DNA of 64,000 bases from Candidatus Scalinduaceae bacterium (GCA_046759445.1 JBHICG010000004.1:1-64000), one strand, 5' to 3'. Positions 10,787-21,344 are shown, counted from the first letter of the stretch. Notes: a model not told the origin generated them from the sequence alone. Numbers and translations: made by a program.

Positions 10787-11244
10787 ACTATTATGAACAA
10801 ACAAAATTTTCGGTTGTATTGGTTTTTGACATCGAAAATCACCAGTGTTTCATTATGAAAGAATTAATATCAAATTATAACAAGGATTTATGCCTTTATT
10901 GGCTACTCACCTCCCTATTCTTTTGGACAAAAAACTCAAAGCACATCGAAAGTTTCGGATGGTAAAATCCATTAGTGGCACTAAGTTATAAATATTACGT
11001 TAATAAAATGGTAACCCAGCATACCGTGACTCATTGTTTTTTATACATCATCAACTTTTTGGCACTTTTTTTGTGATTACCACACTTACAAGATAAATAG
11101 CGATAAAATTTATTCGTTATTGGTTTACACTAACTGATTAATGAAACCACAAAAAACATATTTATTACAAACCCCCATGTCTTAAAAAATGAATAGGTTC
11201 ATTCATCGCCTGTATATCATTAGAACCTACGCATCAGGAGAATT

Positions 11245-11730
11245 ATGGAAAAGATTTGTATTGTAAAACGGAGAAATAAAAGCACACATGATTTGGAAAG
11301 AGAGGCAACTTATGCATTGACGAATTATCTCGATATACAAAGAAAGAAAGACTACACATTTGAAGAATTAGACGAAGACAAAAGTCATGTCCTTTCCTTT
11401 AATTTGACGCCTGAGCAGTGCGAGTCTGTTCGATCAACCGTCCATATCCAGTCTTTGGATAGAACATCAAATAATCTTTCTTTAGACATGCAATAACGCG
11501 AAAATGGGCAAATTGTTTTTGAGTTCAATTTTAAAAAAGAGGATACGCCAAAATTACTTAAGACAAAACATGTATGTCAAATACTGCAAATTAGCACAAG
11601 TTTTCTTAAGAAACTTGTGAAGGAGGAAAAGATTAAAAGTTATAAACTAGACAGACTAAGACGTTTCTCGTTGGAGGATATTCTTGATTATCTCACTAAA
11701 AACGAAGAATTTAAAAATTCTAAAGTATAA
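11245..11730 (+). pseudogene. Protein with C-terminal excisionase-type (HTH_17) DNA-binding domain, interrupted by in-frame TAA at 11494-11496
   Basis: Frame stays open after the stop: RENGQIVFEFNFKKEDTPKLLKTKHVCQILQISTSFLKKLVKEEKIKSYKLDRLRRFSLEDILDYL, ending 12 bp before the next gene. Confidence 0.75.
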
Positions 11731-11742
11731 GTCCATGATTCA

Positions 11743-13098
11743 ATGGAGGCAAGTCTAATGTATTACGAATATTGGGGTCTTAAAACCCCGCCCTTTGATA
11801 ATGTGCCAGATCCGACCATGTATGCAGAATGTCATGCTTCCATGGAGAATGCCATAGCAGAAACCCTGTTTGCCATAGAGGAAGGAAAAGAATGTATTGC
11901 AATAATTGTAGGTGATGTAGGTCTGGGTAAGACCATGTCCATTCGGATTATCATTGATTCCCTGGATCAGGAGAAATATAAGATCGCCCTGATTACAAAT
12001 CCGAGCACTACATTTGTTCAGATTTTAAGAGAAATCATCGGCCAGATAAAGGGAAGGCAATGTGAAGAAAAGAGAAAAGTAGACCTTTTAGAAATCTTCA
12101 ATAAACTTTTATTTGAAACTTTAGATGAAGGGAAGAAGGTCCTCATTTTTATTGATGAGTCAAACGCTATCGCTCCCGCTAACCTCGAAAGTCTGAGACT
12201 GCTCACCAATATGCAGGATGATCAGAGAAATCTTTTTACCATAGTTCTTGTTGGTCAGATGGAACTGGCTAGGCGATTGGAACATCCAAAGCGGGCCAAC
12301 CTGTTCCAGCGAATCGGAATGTATAACAGGATTGATAAAATACAAACCGAGGATTTGGTAAAGGCCTACGTAGAAACACGACTGAGACTTGCGGGAGGAA
12401 CGAGGAAGATCTTTACGGATGATGTTTTTAACTCTATATGGAAGTACTCAGAGCATGGAATACCCCGCCTTATTAATAAGATATGCAAGTTATCTTTAAA
12501 AGCAGGAGAAACAAATGAACTCGCTGAAATCAATAAAGGAGTGGTTAATCATGTCGGAGAACGTTTCCAGAAAATGACCAGGCCTGCTATCCAAAAGAGA
12601 AGACCCAGGAAAAGACTCAAAAAGGAAATCCTTCATGAATCGATTAAAGAAATGGAACATGTAACAAAAGAAATTGAATCTATTACAGAAAATTGGAACC
12701 CATCAGAATTGTCAACGACATTTAAAGGTGGGGAATCCGAGAAGGAAGAAATTCTTGAAAATAACACGGAAGTAACAAACGAGCCAATTATAGAAAAGTC
12801 GGTTTTTAAAGAATTATCAATCCCATCTGAAACAAGCACTTTTACCATGGAAGAAGATTCAGCAGAAGTAAAAATCGGGGAATATTCAGTCAGAATAAAT
12901 TTTCCTTCTCATCTTAATCAACAAGCTCAAACTTCTACACAGGAAAACCGTGTAAAACTGGCTGGAGCTATGGCAGCCCAAACTCTTAAGGAAAATCCCC
13001 AATTAACCGAAGCCCCTGCTGCAGATCCTGTTTATATATGGGACAAAATTAGGGATTTCATTCTGAATAGGATTGAGCAAAAACACAGTGTTGTTTGA
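11743..13098 (+). CDS. ExeA/GspA-family AAA ATPase
   Basis: YYEYWGLKTPPFDNVPDP N-terminus, GDVGLGKT Walker A, IFIDE Walker B, LRLLTN, LVGQ.EL, GIPRLINKIC. Confidence 0.88.
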   Translation: MEASLMYYEYWGLKTPPFDNVPDPTMYAECHASMENAIAETLFAIEEGKECIAIIVGDVGLGKTMSIRIIIDSLDQEKYKIALITNPSTTFVQILREIIGQIKGRQCEEKRKVDLLEIFNKLLFETLDEGKKVLIFIDESNAIAPANLESLRLLTNMQDDQRNLFTIVLVGQMELARRLEHPKRANLFQRIGMYNRIDKIQTEDLVKAYVETRLRLAGGTRKIFTDDVFNSIWKYSEHGIPRLINKICKLSLKAGETNELAEINKGVVNHVGERFQKMTRPAIQKRRPRKRLKKEILHESIKEMEHVTKEIESITENWNPSELSTTFKGGESEKEEILENNTEVTNEPIIEKSVFKELSIPSETSTFTMEEDSAEVKIGEYSVRINFPSHLNQQAQTSTQENRVKLAGAMAAQTLKENPQLTEAPAADPVYIWDKIRDFILNRIEQKHSVV

Positions 13099-13149
13099 AT
13101 TTTGTTTTTTTACCTCTTATTTTACCAACCCTTGAGAGAGTGAACCCCT

Positions 13150-14060
13150 ATGGATAGAAAAAATTTAGCAAGAAATGGTTCACGAAAGGATGCTAATACG
13201 ACCGACTTGAATCGGATTCAGATGCAGCAATAGAAGCCTATAAAAAAAGTATAAAACATGACGACACATTTACAGATGCTTATGTAAATCTAGGTTTTTT
13301 TATCTTGCCAGAGAAGATTACGATAATGCCCTGAAGCATTTTCAAAAAGTGGTCGAGTTAGAACCGAACAATCCTGAAGCCCTCAATAACATCGGCTATG
13401 TATATGAAAGAATAGACAGATTCAGAAGTGCAAAACTGATGTATAAGCGGGCACTAGAACTGAATACGGGTAACATAGAAGCATTGATTAATATTGCGCA
13501 TGTTCTAGAGTTGGAAGGTAACTATTCGGGGCAGTTGAACAGTACAAAAGAGTGATTGAAAGTTGTCCTGGTGCCGTTTCTCCCCATTTCTGCCTAGCCG
13601 TTCTCTATGACCTCCATGACATGTTTGATGAGGCTATAGAGGAATATGAAGCCGTCTTGGAAAGAGATTCTTATAACGTAAAGACACTCTATAATCTGGG
13701 AATCTCCACGCCCAGCTTGGTGATTACACAAAGGTCATCGGTTACTATAAACGTGCATTGGAATTAGACCCGAATAACGCAAAAACATGGAATAACTTGG
13801 GTTCAGTTTATCAAGATATGTCAAACAATATAAAAACCGAGGGCGCCTTCAAGCAATCACTTTCGTTCAACCCATTTCAAGAGGAACCCCATGTGAATCT
13901 GGCTCTAATGCAGTATTTTCAGTATCTTTCAAGCCCTAATAGTTCTAGAAAAGAGGATATTACTCGCAGACTTTACTTTATCCTGTCAATGAATCCAAAA
14001 AATAAGAAGAGCCAAAAACTTTTAGTGGAACTGGCTAAGGAATATGAAAAAACAGATTAA
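13150..14060 (+). pseudogene. Tetratricopeptide repeat protein broken by several frameshifts and stops
   Basis: TPR pieces in successive frames (DAYVNLG; ELEPNNPEALNNIGYVY; HFCLAVLYD; ELDPNNAKTWNNLGSVY) covering ORFs at 13349, 13552 and 13758. Confidence 0.8.
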
Positions 14061-14174
14061 AATACATTCATAAAATAACTCCCGTAATCTAGTGACCTCA
14101 TCGAAGCTAATTGGGCTTTTATTAATTTTGTCTTGACACAGTACATATACATTAACAACTTCACCTGTTGTTGC

Positions 14175-15761
14175 CTACCTTTTAAGGATCCTTCCATTAA
14201 CAGCGCCTGTATGCCTACCATCTTTAAGAGTTAGTTTTCCGTTTACCAATACATATTTAATGCCTTCGGAGTAGTTATGAGGGTCTGTAAACGTTGCCCT
14301 TTCTGTAATTTTCTTTTCGTCAAAAATTGTTACATCAGCGAAAAACCCTTCCTTTAAAGCTCCTCTTTTTTTAAGCGCCAGTTTTTTGGCAGGCAAACCC
14401 GTCATCTTATAAATGGCTTCCTCGATTGAAAAAAGTTGTTTTTCATTAACATACTTACTTATCACCCTTGAAAATGTGCCATAACACCTTGGATGTGGCT
14501 TCCCGAAGCTTAATGCACCATCTATAGAACGAAGCGCGCTATCAGAACCTATCATTACGAAATCCCAACCTAAAATATTGCATAGATTTTCCTCCGACAT
14601 ATTAAAGAATAAAACACTTACCTTACAATCTTCTTCAAATAAAAGATCGAAAATAAACTCCAAAGGGGATATCTTTAATGTTTTTGTAATTTCTGCTATC
14701 GTCTTTCCTTCATAATTTTTTCTTTCTTCATTGTGCACGGATGAAATCATTATGTTTTCCCAGAATCTTTGATCTCTACTTTCGCACTTCATGTCTTTAA
14801 CAATAAGTTCCCTGTAAGATGTATCCCTCAGTCTTTTTTTCTCCTCAATTAATCCCCCCTCATATACCCAATTAGGCAATATTACGTCTAAGTCTGTTGA
14901 CGCCGCGATATAAGGATATCTATCGCATGAGACCTCTATGCCCATATTCCTGGCATCGTCAAATAATTTCTTTACAATATCTATCTTTCTCCAATTTCTT
15001 TCTCCCCACGTCTTGATGTGAGATATTTGAGTATTTACACCACTCATCTTAGAAATATTTATGGCTTCAGTTATCGCCGTTTCTATTCTGTCACCTTCAT
15101 CTCTAATATGTGTCGCATATATACCATTATATTCCTTTATTGTTTTACATAATTCAACTAGTTCAGAGGTCTTGGCATAACAACCCGGTGGATATATTAG
15201 CCCACTTGACATACCAAATACACCTGATTCCATTGCATCTCGTAATTCTTTTTCCATATTGACAAATTCGTTTTTGTTTGGCTCGCGATCTTCATACCCC
15301 ATCACACAGGCTCTGATATTTCCGTGGCCAACAAGAAATCCTCTGTTTATGGAACTTGGTACCTCTTTAACCCTTTTAAAAAAATCCCTAGCAATTTGCC
15401 AATTTACGTCCAACCCAAACTTTTTAAGCCCCTGTTTCTTATTTTCTAATAATTGCCCCATCAAAGGGAAAGCAGATGTACCACAATTCCCGCAAATTTC
15501 TGTAGTAACTCCGTCATAAATTTTACTTTCACTTTTTGGACTAATTAACCAATAAAAATCACTATGTGAATGGATATCAATAAACCCTGGCGCAACAATA
15601 TATCCCGAGGCATCAACAACATTACTATCCATGGGAGTATTAATATTACCCACATAAACAATTCTATCACCTTGAATCCCAATATCAACGGCTCTCTTAA
15701 CACTGCCAGTTCCATCAATAACTGTACCATTTTTTATTATTACATCAAAACTACGACCCAT
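14175..15761 (-). CDS. N-acyl-D-amino-acid deacylase (amidohydrolase family)
   Basis: APGFIDIHSHSD, GVTTEICGNCG, HIRDE, GSD, PHPRCYGTF motifs. Confidence 0.9.
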   Translation of the reverse strand: MGRSFDVIIKNGTVIDGTGSVKRAVDIGIQGDRIVYVGNINTPMDSNVVDASGYIVAPGFIDIHSHSDFYWLISPKSESKIYDGVTTEICGNCGTSAFPLMGQLLENKKQGLKKFGLDVNWQIARDFFKRVKEVPSSINRGFLVGHGNIRACVMGYEDREPNKNEFVNMEKELRDAMESGVFGMSSGLIYPPGCYAKTSELVELCKTIKEYNGIYATHIRDEGDRIETAITEAINISKMSGVNTQISHIKTWGERNWRKIDIVKKLFDDARNMGIEVSCDRYPYIAASTDLDVILPNWVYEGGLIEEKKRLRDTSYRELIVKDMKCESRDQRFWENIMISSVHNEERKNYEGKTIAEITKTLKISPLEFIFDLLFEEDCKVSVLFFNMSEENLCNILGWDFVMIGSDSALRSIDGALSFGKPHPRCYGTFSRVISKYVNEKQLFSIEEAIYKMTGLPAKKLALKKRGALKEGFFADVTIFDEKKITERATFTDPHNYSEGIKYVLVNGKLTLKDGRHTGAVNGRILKR

Positions 15762-16129
15762 TATATGGCTCCAAAGGAAGTAGACCTATACTTCCAAAAA
15801 CTGTATTTACGTGTTACCTAGTTTGATCTATAATTTATTTTTTTTGAAATGATTTGTGAAGTGATTTTCTGAAAATTGTGGGAAGGTAATTTTTATTCTA
15901 AAGTAGTTGCATATTTTACATAATGTTTTTCATCTCTCGTTGAGCATAGAAGGCTTCTTTGTGCCCAAAAAGAATCAAACTCCTCATGTAATAATTACAT
16001 GTCCGCTTTCAACTCACAATTATGCATAACATTATGGCTTTTTTTAAACATATAACTTCCTGAAATAAATAGATTTTATGAGTCCAAACGTCTTCATATT
16101 TTCTCAGAGCATTGTAACTATAAAGAGGC

Positions 16130-17575
16130 TTACCTTTCCCTTCTCTTTCTCGACGAAGGTATCCTCATATTTCTTCTATACTTAGTCACGGTTCTTCGCG
16201 CTATCTCAACACCCATTTCTCCTAATCTTGCAGCAATTTCCTCATCGCTCAAAGGGTTCTTTTTGTCCTCATTTGATACGATTTTACCTAGTTTTTGCCT
16301 CATCGCCTCCCATGATTCCATGGTGCCGTCGGTATTCTTAAATCCCCCAGTAAAGAAAAACTTCATCCCAAAAATACCCCGTGGCGTTTGTGCATATTTA
16401 TGAGCAATAGCACGACTAACCGTTGATACATGTATCCCTATAGCATCCGCAACTTCTTGCATTTTTAATGTACGAAGATGCAGTATTCCCTCATCCAGAA
16501 ATGCTTTCTGTAATTCCACTATCTTAACTGCCACCTTCATTAGCGTGTTTTTTCTTTGCTCGATAGCATCTATAAGCCATCTTGCAGATTCTATTTTCTT
16601 CCGAATATAACGCTTTGTTTGTAAATCAGAACCTCTCCCAATCAACATATCTTTGTAAAATGGGCTTATATAAATTCGTGGCACATTGTTATCTCCCACA
16701 AGTGTAACTTCATATTCCCCGTCTATACAATCTACTCTAACTTCTGGTACTACATAAGGGACTTGTTCACTACTAAAAATAAAACCAGGCTTAGGGTTTA
16801 GCGTTTTTATAAAATCTATTACCTTTTTAATTATTTCTAAATTGCATCCTGTTTTTTTTGCTATAAGCTTATATTTTTTCATTTCGACGTCTTCCAGGTG
16901 ATTTGAAATCAACTCTTTAGCAATATAATAATTGTTGTCTCGCTGGTCTAATTGTAACAACAAGCATTCTTTCAAGTTTTCTGCTCCAACACCGAGAGGT
17001 TCCATACTTTGCACAATTTTCAAGGCTTCCCTTGCTTGCTCCATGCTTATGGACTTTTCCACTGATTCTATAATTTCTTCTAAAGGGCACGACAGATAAC
17101 CGCAATCATTAATACTATAAATTATATTTTCGCACACTTCCAATAGTAAATTATCTAATTCCATAAGAGATAGTTGGCCAAGAAGATAATCTTGAAGTGA
17201 CATTGGTTTCGTGGCTGTGTTTTCTAAGGCCTCTTGCTTCTGATCTCGTTCATCTATAGCGTTATTCCGCCTTCTACTTGTTTGTGAGAAATAATCTCCC
17301 CATTCATCTGCCATCTCTCCAAGCTTTCTAAATTCCTCCTCCTCCCGCCTTTCTTCGTTTCCGCTGTCTGTAACCACCTCATCTTGTGTTGTTTTTTGCC
17401 CCTCATTTTCAACCCCAATTACTTCTTCTAAAACAGGATTATTTATCAACTCTTGTTGTACATGTTGTACCAAAGCCATTATTGGAAGCTGAAGTATCTC
17501 GATAGATTGAATTACCTGAGGCGCTAACTTCATTTGCTGTCTAAGCTGTGGAGATAATATTGTTTCTACTTTCAT
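16130..17575 (-). CDS. rpoN: RNA polymerase sigma-54 factor
   Basis: QSIEILQLP region I, HVSTVSRA HTH, ARRTVTKYR RpoN box. Confidence 0.96.
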   Translation of the reverse strand: MKVETILSPQLRQQMKLAPQVIQSIEILQLPIMALVQHVQQELINNPVLEEVIGVENEGQKTTQDEVVTDSGNEERREEEEFRKLGEMADEWGDYFSQTSRRRNNAIDERDQKQEALENTATKPMSLQDYLLGQLSLMELDNLLLEVCENIIYSINDCGYLSCPLEEIIESVEKSISMEQAREALKIVQSMEPLGVGAENLKECLLLQLDQRDNNYYIAKELISNHLEDVEMKKYKLIAKKTGCNLEIIKKVIDFIKTLNPKPGFIFSSEQVPYVVPEVRVDCIDGEYEVTLVGDNNVPRIYISPFYKDMLIGRGSDLQTKRYIRKKIESARWLIDAIEQRKNTLMKVAVKIVELQKAFLDEGILHLRTLKMQEVADAIGIHVSTVSRAIAHKYAQTPRGIFGMKFFFTGGFKNTDGTMESWEAMRQKLGKIVSNEDKKNPLSDEEIAARLGEMGVEIARRTVTKYRRNMRIPSSRKRRER

Positions 17576-17586
17576 AATATTATTTC

Positions 17587-18207
17587 TTAAAAAGCACTTC
17601 GGTTTTTTTGCATTAATTTTCTACCGTTAATTGCATCTGCAATAACCGCAGAACTTGCGTATTCTAAATAACTCCCCGATGACATGCCCCTTGCCAGTTG
17701 GGTAACTTTAACGTTTAAAGGGTTTAAACGTTCAAAAATACACAAAGCAGTAACATCTCCTTCTAGATTGGGATTGGTTGCAACAATTACTTCCTGTATA
17801 TTACCGCTTTCGACTCTTTTTATTAGCTTATCTATATTAATATCGTCAGGATTAACATTTTCTAAAGGATTTATATGGCCAAACAAAACGTGATAAACCC
17901 CATCATAAAATCCTGTTTTCTCAATTGTGAAGAGATCTGTAGGTTGTTCTACTACACAAACCTTTTTATGGTCACGATTTGGATCGCTACAGATATTACA
18001 ACAGGGTGTCTCCCCAATATTACAGCAGATAGAACAATAATTGACATTCTTCTTCACATCCCGTACTGCTACAGCCAATTGTATTGCATCGTCATACGAC
18101 AATCCAAGAATATAATGTGCCAATCTTTCAGCACTTTTTTGTCCTATGCCAGGCATTTTTCCCAATTCTTTCATAAGTCTTAGCATAGATTGCGGATAAC
18201 ACTTCAT
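17587..18207 (-). CDS. recR: Recombination mediator RecR
   Basis: PGIGQKSAERLA, C4 zinc finger, YHVL, ATNPNLEGDVTA toprim. Confidence 0.95.
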   Translation of the reverse strand: MKCYPQSMLRLMKELGKMPGIGQKSAERLAHYILGLSYDDAIQLAVAVRDVKKNVNYCSICCNIGETPCCNICSDPNRDHKKVCVVEQPTDLFTIEKTGFYDGVYHVLFGHINPLENVNPDDINIDKLIKRVESGNIQEVIVATNPNLEGDVTALCIFERLNPLNVKVTQLARGMSSGSYLEYASSAVIADAINGRKLMQKNRSAF

Positions 18208-18219
18208 TTTTCCATCCTA

Positions 18220-18561
18220 CTAAAGCAAATTTGATAACCCGGGAATATTCATACCACCTGTCAATTTATTCATCTCCTCCTGATACATTTCTTGAGACTT
18301 TTTCAATGCTTGGGAAACCGCAGCCAGGACAAGATCTTCTAACATTTGCACATCATCTGGACTAACAACTTCCGGATCAATCTTTATTGACAAAATTTCC
18401 TGTTTTCCATTTATATGTACGGTTACCATCCCTCCACCTGAACTAGCTTCTATAACACGTTCCTTGAGGCTATTCTGTACTTCTTCAGCTTTCTTCTGCA
18501 TTTTAACAGCCTGTTTTTGCATCTGCTTCATCATATCGCCTACATTCCCAAACCCCTTCAT
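18220..18561 (-). CDS. ybaB: YbaB/EbfC nucleoid-associated protein
   Basis: SSGGGMVTV..IDPEVV..DVQMLEDLVLAA; between dnaX and recR. Confidence 0.93.
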   Translation of the reverse strand: MKGFGNVGDMMKQMQKQAVKMQKKAEEVQNSLKERVIEASSGGGMVTVHINGKQEILSIKIDPEVVSPDDVQMLEDLVLAAVSQALKKSQEMYQEEMNKLTGGMNIPGLSNLL

Positions 18562-20240
18562 CCTTCCGCTCTCCTTATATTAACAATTGAGCCATCAAAT
18601 ATTTCTATAGTTTTTCTTACCATAGGTTCATTTATTACGTCGTTCTCTATTCTTTTGTCCCTATCCTTTTGTAATATTCCACGTCCTATATCTTCCCCAG
18701 TTTTACAACCATTCTCGGATATTGTCAACCTAGCATTAATCTTTTTCCCTGTTACTTTTTCTATACATTTTTCAATTATCCGCTTTTCATCTGGTTTTTC
18801 AAGTCTCTCTTTATGGATTAAGTAATTCCCCGGAAACTCCAAAACTATCCCCTCATCATCAAAGCTTAAAAGACTAGCGTCCCTTAATAACGTCCAAACA
18901 GTCTTTTTCCTAGTTTGAATCTCCGTCATTATTTTATCCCAGGTATTAAAAAGATCAGCATCATTGCTAACCCTTACATCTTCATCTTTTTTATCATAAT
19001 CCTCATAATTTTTCTCTCTTACCTCCGTTTTTCTAGTTTCTACAATACCATCAACACGATTGAATGATGTTATTCCCATGTCCTTTACGTTACTTTCTAA
19101 CAACCCTTTTATGTCATCTATTTGATTCAAAATAGAACCTAAAGATTTCAAATCTTCCATCGTGGCTAATTTTATGAGTACCACTTCAAGTAAAATTCTC
19201 TGCTGAAACAAATCTTTAGTCTTACTCTTAGTTTCGGAAATCAACTGAATCATGTATAACAATGTATCAGAAGAAAGCTGTGAAACCTGCTTTTGTAACA
19301 AATTAATATCCCCTGATATCGTTCCTACCAATCCTTCGTCGCTATTACAGATTGAGACTAGAAGCAAATCACGTATATAAAGCAACATTTGATCAACAAA
19401 GCCATCTACATCTTTCCCGCTTGCTATAATTTCATGAAATATTTTCAAAGCTAATTCAGGCTTTTTTTCAATAAAGCTATCAATTAAACTTGAAATTTTC
19501 TCCTCATTAACAACCCCGAGAATATCGTAAACATTCTTTAATGATATCTTCTCATGGCAAAACGAAGTGAGCTGGTCTAAAATAGATTCGGAATCCCTCA
19601 ACCCGCCCCTGGCATATTTTGCAATGACCTGAAGCACCTCCTCTTCTACCAAGATATTTTCTGTTTTGCAAATCTGCGCAAGTCTATTACTTATATCAGA
19701 CACAGATATATTTTTAAAATCAAACCTCTGGCAGCGTGATTGTACGGTATCAGGGATGCGGTTTGGTGCGGTAGTGGCAAAAATGAATTTTACATGGTCT
19801 GGTGGCTCTTCAAGTGTCTTTAGAATCGCATTGAAAGCCTCCCTGGTTAACATGTGTACTTCATCTATAATGTAAATTTTATATCTTGAAATGGCAGGGG
19901 CATATCCTACATTTTGTCTAATACTTCTTATTTCATCTATGCCACGGTTCGAGGCCCCATCAATTTCAAGTACATCAATATCATTTCCGTTCATAATACT
20001 CTTACAAATAGAACATTTATTGCATGGCACGTCAGTTGGGCCATTCTGACAATTAAGAGATTTTGATAATATCCTAGCCATAGACGTCTTGCCAACACCC
20101 CTTGGGCCAACAAATAAATATGCGTGAGCAACATGATTGGTTTGGAGTGCATTTGCCAATGTCGTAACTATATGTTCTTGCCCCACAATTTCATCAAAGG
20201 ATTTTGGACGATATTTTCTTGATAGAACTATATAAGACAT
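18558..20240 (-). CDS. dnaX: DNA polymerase III subunit gamma/tau
   Basis: LSRKYRP, GPRGVGKTS, EIDGASNRG, IIDEVHML, LKTLEEPP, SRC. Confidence 0.96.
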   Translation of the reverse strand: MSYIVLSRKYRPKSFDEIVGQEHIVTTLANALQTNHVAHAYLFVGPRGVGKTSMARILSKSLNCQNGPTDVPCNKCSICKSIMNGNDIDVLEIDGASNRGIDEIRSIRQNVGYAPAISRYKIYIIDEVHMLTREAFNAILKTLEEPPDHVKFIFATTAPNRIPDTVQSRCQRFDFKNISVSDISNRLAQICKTENILVEEEVLQVIAKYARGGLRDSESILDQLTSFCHEKISLKNVYDILGVVNEEKISSLIDSFIEKKPELALKIFHEIIASGKDVDGFVDQMLLYIRDLLLVSICNSDEGLVGTISGDINLLQKQVSQLSSDTLLYMIQLISETKSKTKDLFQQRILLEVVLIKLATMEDLKSLGSILNQIDDIKGLLESNVKDMGITSFNRVDGIVETRKTEVREKNYEDYDKKDEDVRVSNDADLFNTWDKIMTEIQTRKKTVWTLLRDASLLSFDDEGIVLEFPGNYLIHKERLEKPDEKRIIEKCIEKVTGKKINARLTISENGCKTGEDIGRGILQKDRDKRIENDVINEPMVRKTIEIFDGSIVNIRRAEG

Positions 20241-20264
20241 AACTTTTATTATTCAATTAGCTAT

Positions 20265-20534
20265 GGCCGTGCACTTCTTCTCGATTTTCTTTCCTCTAGA
20301 CTTCCTGCGCAGTTAGCTCCAACCAGGCAACCTCACGGCACATAAGCACAAACGCTTATGGCTGCTTGCTTCCGCACCTGACCAGGTTCACGTAGTCTTA
20401 TTGCATGAGACCCAGTCTTCTTCACCACTTACTTAGAAAGTGCCAAAGGGCAGAAAAACCTCAAAAAAGCGATCGATCCTGCATAAAGCGGCTTTCAGGT
20501 ACAGGGAACCGCTAACTCCCCATCTAGCACGACC
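20265..20534 (-). ncRNA. ffs: Signal recognition particle RNA, large (Alu-domain) bacterial type
   Basis: Reverse complement starts GGTCGTGCTAGATGGGGAGTTAGCGGTTCCCTGTACCTG, contains GTGAACCTGGTCAGGTGCGGAAGCAAGCAGCCATAAGC (helix 8), ends GTGCACGGCC pairing with the 5' end; upstream of dnaX. Confidence 0.9.
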
Positions 20535-20596
20535 AAGCTGTTTAGAAACAATATATTCCACAATCTTTGTGGAATATTTCCTTTTTTCCTAGCTCA

Positions 20597-20689
20597 TGGC
20601 GGAGAGGGCGGGATTCGAACCCGCGAGGCAGGTTTTGCCCACCTACACGCTTTCCAAGCGTGCTCCTTCGGCCTCTCGGACACCTCTCC
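20597..20689 (-). tRNA. tRNA-Ser(GGA)
   Basis: GGAGAGGTGTCCGAGAGG..CACGC-TTGGAAA-GCGTG, long variable arm, GGTTCGAATCC, CCA end. Confidence 0.95.
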
Positions 20690-20699
20690 AAAATCGTGA

Positions 20700-20787
20700 C
20701 GGAGAGAGAGGGATTCGAACCCCCGGCCCATACTAGATGGACAACGGTTTTCGAGACCGCCCCGTTCAACCACTCCGGCATCTCTCC
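20700..20787 (-). tRNA. tRNA-Ser(CGA), CCA not encoded
   Basis: GGAGAGATGCCGGAGTGG..GCGGT-CTCGAAA-ACCGT, long variable arm, GGTTCGAATCC. Confidence 0.93.
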
Positions 20788-21236
20788 AAAAAAAACTGCT
20801 TTAAGAGTACACTACACTTTTCTTCTAAAATCCCGGATATAACATTCACCTTATGGTTGAAGCGAGGAACATTAACTAAATTTATCACAGACTCGCAGGC
20901 CCCATATTTTTTATTCTTTGTTCCATACACTAGATTTTTAACCCTAGCCTGAACCAATGCGCCAGTACACATTGCACACGGTTCCAAGGTTATATAAATA
21001 GTAGTGTTACTTAATCTCCAATTTTGAAGGTATGCAGATGCCTGCGTTATTGCAATCATTTCAGCATGAGCCGTTGGGTCTAATAACATCTCTCGTTGGT
21101 TATGTGCTCTTGCAATAATATTATTTTCATGAACAATGACGGTCCCAATAGGAATCTCATCTCTTTTGAAAGCGTTTTCTGCCTCATAAATTGCTTGTTG
21201 CATATAATATTCATGTGAATGGAATTCGACCGTCAT
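20766..21236 (-). CDS. tadA: tRNA adenosine(34) deaminase
   Basis: DEIPIG, DPTAHAE, NWRL, TLEPCAMC motifs. Confidence 0.93.
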   Translation of the reverse strand: MTVEFHSHEYYMQQAIYEAENAFKRDEIPIGTVIVHENNIIARAHNQREMLLDPTAHAEMIAITQASAYLQNWRLSNTTIYITLEPCAMCTGALVQARVKNLVYGTKNKKYGACESVINLVNVPRFNHKVNVISGILEEKCSVLLKQFFLERCRSG

Positions 21237-21270
21237 GAGTTTTTCAGTTTGAATTCAAACTACTTAAATG

Positions 21271-21344
21271 CGCGCCCAGCCCGATTTGAACGGGCAACCA
21301 CCGGTTTCGTAGACCGTTACTCTATCCAATTGAGCTATGGGCGC
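21271..21344 (-). tRNA. tRNA-Arg(ACG)
   Basis: GCGCCCATAGCTCAATTGGATAGAG..CGGT-CTACGAA-ACCG..GTTCAAATC..GGGCGCG. Confidence 0.93.

Noticed and set aside
10783..10965. 60-aa ORF after the APC permease
   Set aside because: TTG start, no motif or clear RBS; likely spurious
11494..11496. Stop-codon recoding (Sec/Pyl) in the HTH gene
   Set aside because: The stop is TAA, not TGA or TAG, and the neighbouring TPR gene is also decayed, so a nonsense mutation is simpler
15762..16129. 368-bp gap between rpoN and the D-aminoacylase gene as a possible ncRNA or small gene
   Set aside because: No recognisable RNA family motif, long stem or convincing ORF
19461..19467. In-frame A-AAA-AAG slippery heptamer in dnaX followed by a -1 frame TGA
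   Set aside because: It falls at codon ~260, inside the oligomerisation domain, so the product would be too short for a functional gamma; no upstream SD-like sequence or clear downstream hairpin
20542..20952. ORFs 20542-20781, 20567-20842 and 20737-20952
   Set aside because: Translations of the tRNA-Ser genes or antisense to tadA
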